NCBI RefSeq assembly: GCF_000010625.1
Contig: NC_010296.1
Span: forward strand, 4,170,001-4,202,000
Origin: Microcystis aeruginosa NIES-843
GTDB lineage: Bacteria > Cyanobacteriota > Cyanobacteriia > Cyanobacteriales > Microcystaceae
Reading direction: 5' to 3'
Length of the DNA: 32,000 nucleotides
This document shows positions 28,022 to 32,000 of this stretch, piece by piece. The position numbers and the translations under genes are program-made. Under the pieces are notes generated by a model. That model was not told the origin of the DNA. It made no database searches and saw only the letters and a list, made by a program, of their open reading frames with translations. Positions within the stretch are counted from its first letter, which is position 1, and every line of letters begins with the position of its first letter.

Positions 28022-29395
28022 CTACTGATGAATAATTAAACTTTCTAAACTGGTTTGTAAATCTTGGGTTAATTGGGCTACGGCCGAGCGTCGATCGCTT
28101 TTATAATCAGCATAGCGCTCGGATACGGAAATAGGTTTACCAATAGTTATTATCGCTTTTTGTTGACCAATTTGGGGACGAAAAAAGGGATTACCTCCCT
28201 TAATTCTTGTCACTAAATCCCAGAGTAATAAAATTGTCTCGGCGAATCTTTCTACGGTGGGTTTTTCTTTGACATAATAACCGGTTACTGACACGAAACT
28301 TTCGACAATTCTCATGTGCCACATTTTTAAATTAGCTTCATCGGCCAGGCGATCAGCTAATCCTAATTCAAGGGGAGAAATAGAATGAGTGGGTTTTAAT
28401 TCTTGGCGATAAATACGTTCCCATCCTGCTTGTTCCAAACGACGACAGCGATCGATTACATTACCATTAGGAGAAACATTAAAATACTTTTCTACGGTTT
28501 GTAGGGCCACATCTAATAAATTGGCTAAACGTTTGGCTAGGGTTTCGTTTGGATCATCGCCATTGGCAGGTACTACAGGCAAAGATTGATAGTAGAAATC
28601 TCGATAAAAATCCTCCATTAAAGATAATAATCTTTCTCCTAACCGAAAAAGACGCTCGTATAAAACCTTTTCTTTTAGGGATGAATTCGGGGTTGTTTCT
28701 AAACCGCTATCGTTTTCTAAATTAGTTAAAATTTGCTCGATTTCTTGCCACACTGGAGTCAGATAAAAATACTGAATACCAATAGGTAAAATAATTACTT
28801 CTTGCTGTTGTTTAGCTTTTTTGACATCATCCACACCCCAAAAAGCTAATTGAGAAATACCCGGTTCAATTGCGCTAACAAGCTCATTATGTCCGTTAGT
28901 TGCCCCTTCCGGAGCAGCGGCTAAAGGATAATCTCCTTCTAATAATAAATGACGAGCCGAACGCAATCCGATTAAATCGGCTTTTCCCCGTTGAATTGGT
29001 GTGCCACCTAACTTAGAATATAACCATCCTACCCTTTCTCCAGCCCATAAAGGAATCCCTCGATCATACATAAAATGAGCGTGAATTGGCTTGTTTAATT
29101 TTATTCCTAACTCTTCGGCTTTTTTGGGTACTAATTTCCACAAAAGATAGGCCATACAGTAGGGATCGTTAATACTGGGATGACGGAAAGCAAGCAGTAA
29201 ACGGACTTTTTTCTCTTGACTTTTTTGATAAAATGTGATTAAAGTTTCTAGATTGGCGGCGGAAATTTCTCTTAAGTTGGTTTGAGTTTGTAACCAAAGA
29301 GGTAAAAAGATTTGACATCCCTTTAAAAGCAAGGAATTAAGGTCAGGGGGGATAAATTCGAGGGGAGGTTGCGCGCCCAAAGATAGATTAGACAT
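28022..29395 (-). CDS. Glycerolipid acyltransferase family protein (PlsC/GPAT-like, HX4D)
   Basis: The HX4D catalytic motif is in LLAFRHPSINDP and the PEG block is in AAAPEGATNGHNE. The 457-aa product has a long C-terminal helical extension. Confidence 0.7.
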   Translation of the reverse strand: MSNLSLGAQPPLEFIPPDLNSLLLKGCQIFLPLWLQTQTNLREISAANLETLITFYQKSQEKKVRLLLAFRHPSINDPYCMAYLLWKLVPKKAEELGIKLNKPIHAHFMYDRGIPLWAGERVGWLYSKLGGTPIQRGKADLIGLRSARHLLLEGDYPLAAAPEGATNGHNELVSAIEPGISQLAFWGVDDVKKAKQQQEVIILPIGIQYFYLTPVWQEIEQILTNLENDSGLETTPNSSLKEKVLYERLFRLGERLLSLMEDFYRDFYYQSLPVVPANGDDPNETLAKRLANLLDVALQTVEKYFNVSPNGNVIDRCRRLEQAGWERIYRQELKPTHSISPLELGLADRLADEANLKMWHMRIVESFVSVTGYYVKEKPTVERFAETILLLWDLVTRIKGGNPFFRPQIGQQKAIITIGKPISVSERYADYKSDRRSAVAQLTQDLQTSLESLIIHQ

Positions 29396-29406
29396 ATAAG
29401 TATAAG

Positions 29407-29630
29407 TAGGGTCTGCTGAAAAAGTTTTTCCTAGGGGCAGGGTGTAGGGTGTGGGGTGTGGGGTGTGGGGTGTGGGGTTTTACCCATTTTCATCGGGTAA
29501 ATTACCTAATTTTCAGGGAAAAAGTCCAGGGATTTTCCCCCCGACCACTCCCATATCTGGTACTTTTTGATTGACAAAAAGTCTAAAAGTCTTACCCAAC
29601 AAGGTTTTTAGATTTATTCAGCTAACCCTA
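29407..29630 (+). mobile_element. MITE copy 3 (224 bp)
   Basis: It is in the same orientation as copy 2 and has one extra G-rich heptamer unit (29434-29477). It starts 11 bp upstream of the acyltransferase ATG. Confidence 0.8.
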
Positions 29631-29663
29631 AGTAGTCGTGCCAAATAAATTTCCTAGTTGAGA

Positions 29664-29747
29664 CAGTTATCAGTTATCAGTTATCAGTTATCAGTTATCA
29701 GTTATCAGTTATCAGTTCACTGTTTACTGTTTACTGTTTACTGTTTA
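29664..29747. repeat. Heptamer tandem array: CAGTTAT x7, CAGTTCA x1, CTGTTTA x4 (84 bp)
   Basis: Read directly; the 7-bp period is perfect. Confidence 0.95.
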
Positions 29748-29943
29748 AGGAAGAATCAAAGAAAACTCTGATCAATAATTACCCACTGGTCAAAAGGTAA
29801 TCACAGCAGCAAACAGGTGTCGAGCTAGATTTCAAATACGCTGGGATTGCAGGCTCCCTCAACCGTGAAAGGAGAAATTAACCGACTTTAAGCGAGGAGG
29901 AACACCAGTAGTTTACCTCCTCACCTAAACAAATACAGCTATA

Positions 29944-30879
29944 CTATAGCTCTATCCCCATTTCTCGCAAACGAGCCGCCAGCCGTTGAGAACGCTGTCT
30001 TTCCGCTTCCAGAGCTTGCTGAGTAGCATTTAATTGCTCCTGTGCTGCGGCCGCCTGCTCCTGTGCTGCGGCCGCCTGCTCCTGTGCTGCGGCCGCCTGC
30101 TCCTGTGCTGCGGCCGCCTGCTCCTGTGCTGCGGCCGCCTGCTCCTGTGCTGCGGCCGCCTGCTCCTGTGCTGCGGCCGCTTGCTCCTGTGCTGCGGCCG
30201 CCTGCTCCTGGGCCGCTTCTTCTGGCAAGGGGATTAAATTGCCTTCCGGGTCATAAAATCTCGCCCAAATTGCCGTTTCTCGGTCAATAGTCCCCTCCCA
30301 AGTTCCCAACCAATAGCCTAAGGTTTCGCACCATAACCAGCCGCGCTCGTTTCGTTCTAAAGAATGGTAGCGTTGGTCTGCTCCTAAATGCCATCCTTGT
30401 AAAGAATTGGCATCAAAAGGATCGTAGATGAAATAATCTGGCGTGCGGAAGGTTCGCTCATAAATGGCTTTTTTTCGCACTTTATCGGTTCTCGCGGTAC
30501 TAGGAGAGGTTAATTCCACGATAACGTCAGGATAACGTCCCTCTTCTTCCCAAATTACCCAACCCTGTCGCTCTCTGCTGCCATCGACATTGAGGACAGC
30601 GAAGAAATCAGGCCCGCGAAAATCGCGATTTTTCGCCTGTTCGCGGCTGAAATAAATAAACATATTGCCACCCGTGTAGAAGTCGTCTCGCTCACCGTAA
30701 CCTTCCTGTAGGGAGCGAATCAGCACATTCATGGCAATGCGGTGTCGGTTGCTTTCCAAGGGTTCACCATCATCAAAAATTAAGTCTGTGGGGGGTGGGG
30801 GGGGTTCCCAGAAGTCCTCGAAATCTTCTTCTATCAGTGCCGGAGAGGTGGCAGTTTCGTCGCTTTTGGCAATCGTCAT
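29944..30879 (-). CDS. Uma2-family (DUF820) putative endonuclease with a C-terminal AAAQEQA heptad repeat tract
   Basis: The Uma2 core reads DDGEPLESNRHRIAMNVLIRSL..GGNMFIYF..RGPDFFAVLNV..PDVIVELTSPST...D...K..IYER..P.YFIYDP. This is followed by about 8.7 copies of QEQAAAA and a charged tail ERQRSQRLAARLREMGIEL. Confidence 0.8.
   Translation of the reverse strand: MTIAKSDETATSPALIEEDFEDFWEPPPPPTDLIFDDGEPLESNRHRIAMNVLIRSLQEGYGERDDFYTGGNMFIYFSREQAKNRDFRGPDFFAVLNVDGSRERQGWVIWEEEGRYPDVIVELTSPSTARTDKVRKKAIYERTFRTPDYFIYDPFDANSLQGWHLGADQRYHSLERNERGWLWCETLGYWLGTWEGTIDRETAIWARFYDPEGNLIPLPEEAAQEQAAAAQEQAAAAQEQAAAAQEQAAAAQEQAAAAQEQAAAAQEQAAAAQEQAAAAQEQLNATQQALEAERQRSQRLAARLREMGIEL
30035..30216. repeat. 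21-bp in-frame tandem repeat TGCTCCTGTGCTGCGGCCGCC x8 plus a partial unit, inside the Uma2 gene
   Basis: There are eight units, seven identical and one with a single C-to-T change at 30181. Each unit contains GCGGCCGC. Confidence 0.95.
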
Positions 30880-31087
30880 TTTTTCGGCCTCTCTAGGTGG
30901 GAGTATCCATGTTTTTGACTCTCGATCGATTCTATGATAACTTCATTGCCAACTTGATCATCTTTGCTCAAAAATATTGATGAATAAGCAAAAATTTTTT
31001 AACTCGCCGCAGTCTTATTAGCAGCGTTTGCGCCGAAGTGCCGGGGCCTGAGATAATCAGATAGCTATTATCTCAAAAACTATCACC

Positions 31088-32000
31088 ATGACGATCGATC
31101 CGCAACAACTCATCGAACTAGCTCTCAAATCGGGAGCGGTGGCAGCCGAAGTTTATCAATCTTCCTCCCTTTCCCATCCCGTTTTTTTTGAGGCTAATCG
31201 TCTCAAACAGTTAGAAAGTTCCGAATCCGTGGGAACTGCCTTGAGATTATGGCGCGAGGGTTGTCCGGGGTTAGCGGTGGGTTATGGTGATGTGGAACCG
31301 GAAATTTTAGTAGAAACGGCGTTAAATTTATCCTATCTCAATGCCCCAGAAGAAATCGAATTTTCGGCACCACGACAGGCAATTTATGACCCGATTGGGC
31401 AAGATGTGGCGGTAGAATCTTTAATCGAGATGGGTAATCAAATGATTGGCCATATTCGCCAAGTTTATCCTGAGGTTATTTGTAGTGGTGAATGGGAATG
31501 TGAACGGGAAATCACCCGTTTAGTTAATTCTCAGGGTTTATATTGTCAATATACCGATACAGCTTTGAGTTATTATCTGGGGATTGAATGGGTACGGGGG
31601 GAGGATTTTCTAGCGGTTTATGATGGAGAATATACTCGCAGTACTCCTCATCCCGAAACGGTAATTAAACAGTTATTGCAGCGACTACAATGGGCAGCCA
31701 ATAATGTGGATAGTCCCACGGGGAAATTACCAATTTTATTGACCGCTAATGCAGTTACCCTGTTATGGGGTACGGTGGCGATGGCTTTAAATGGGAAACA
31801 GATCTTAGAAAAGTCTTCGCCCTGGAGTGATAAAATCGGTCAATTGGTGATGTCAGAAAAGTTGACTTTATCCCAACAACCCCAGCGAGAACCCTATAGT
31901 TGTCCCTTTGATGATGAGGGAACTCCCACTAAATTTTTATCTTTAATTGAGGGAGGTAGAGTTAAGGAATTCTATAGCGATCTTACCACGGCAAGATTAT
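31088..32000 (+). CDS. PmbA/TldD-family metalloprotease-like protein (5' partial, runs off the window)
   Basis: ATG at 31088 opens a frame that stays open to the window end. My translation begins MTIDPQQLIELALKSGAVAAEVYQSSSLSHPVFFEANRLKQLESSESVGTALRLWREG.. and ends ..FDDEGTPTKFLSLIEGGRVKEFYSD. This is typical of the PmbA/TldD fold. It is absent from the ORF track because no stop lies within the window. Confidence 0.8.
   Translation, partial: MTIDPQQLIELALKSGAVAAEVYQSSSLSHPVFFEANRLKQLESSESVGTALRLWREGCPGLAVGYGDVEPEILVETALNLSYLNAPEEIEFSAPRQAIYDPIGQDVAVESLIEMGNQMIGHIRQVYPEVICSGEWECEREITRLVNSQGLYCQYTDTALSYYLGIEWVRGEDFLAVYDGEYTRSTPHPETVIKQLLQRLQWAANNVDSPTGKLPILLTANAVTLLWGTVAMALNGKQILEKSSPWSDKIGQLVMSEKLTLSQQPQREPYSCPFDDEGTPTKFLSLIEGGRVKEFYSDLTTARL

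Noticed and set aside
29892-29922. A hairpin GAGGAGG-N15-CCTCCTC lies just downstream of the Uma2 stop. I considered it as a terminator.
   Set aside because: No U-run follows on the relevant strand. The evidence is insufficient to call an intrinsic terminator.
30034-30937. Plus-strand ORFs encode LLLCCGR and PPAPVLR repeats, plus a 68-aa ORF at 30731-30937.
   Set aside because: They are antisense readings of the 21-bp repeat and of the Uma2 N-terminus. The minus-strand frame carries the full Uma2 motif set.

Overview
Cyanobacterial chromosomal window. HIP1 GCGATCGC sites, heptamer tandem arrays and a very high IS load suggest a Microcystis-like genome; the taxon is inference. About 1-17000 is an IS graveyard. 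It holds two defective IS1-family copies in inverted orientation (matching wherever compared by eye), two ISL3 copies, one IS701-like element and two copies of one IS630-family element. One IS630 copy is split by a 3.3-kb composite insertion carrying an IS1634-family and a second IS630-family transposase. Between them are a RAYT/IS200-like gene, a DUF433/DUF5615 pair, a DUF104/PIN pair, and a TPR-protein plus AAA+ ATPase operon. About 17000-32000 is mostly housekeeping: leuS, an HdrB-like CCG protein, a STAS antagonist, hspA, an acyltransferase, a Uma2 endonuclease and a PmbA/TldD protein. This half is punctuated by a frameshifted IS110-family element and three copies of a 217-224 bp MITE carrying a G-quadruplex-type motif. 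The strongest result is that the two IS1 copies carry exchanged target-site duplications, and the PIN and ATPase genes are each split across them. This indicates a roughly 15.5-kb inversion by IS-IS recombination; undoing it in silico restores three intact ORFs. The best candidate for an uncharacterised system is the translationally coupled TPR + Orc1/Cdc6-like ATPase module, which has been hit by three IS elements. No rRNA, tRNA or CRISPR array was seen. All homology calls come from reading the translated motifs by eye, not from searches.
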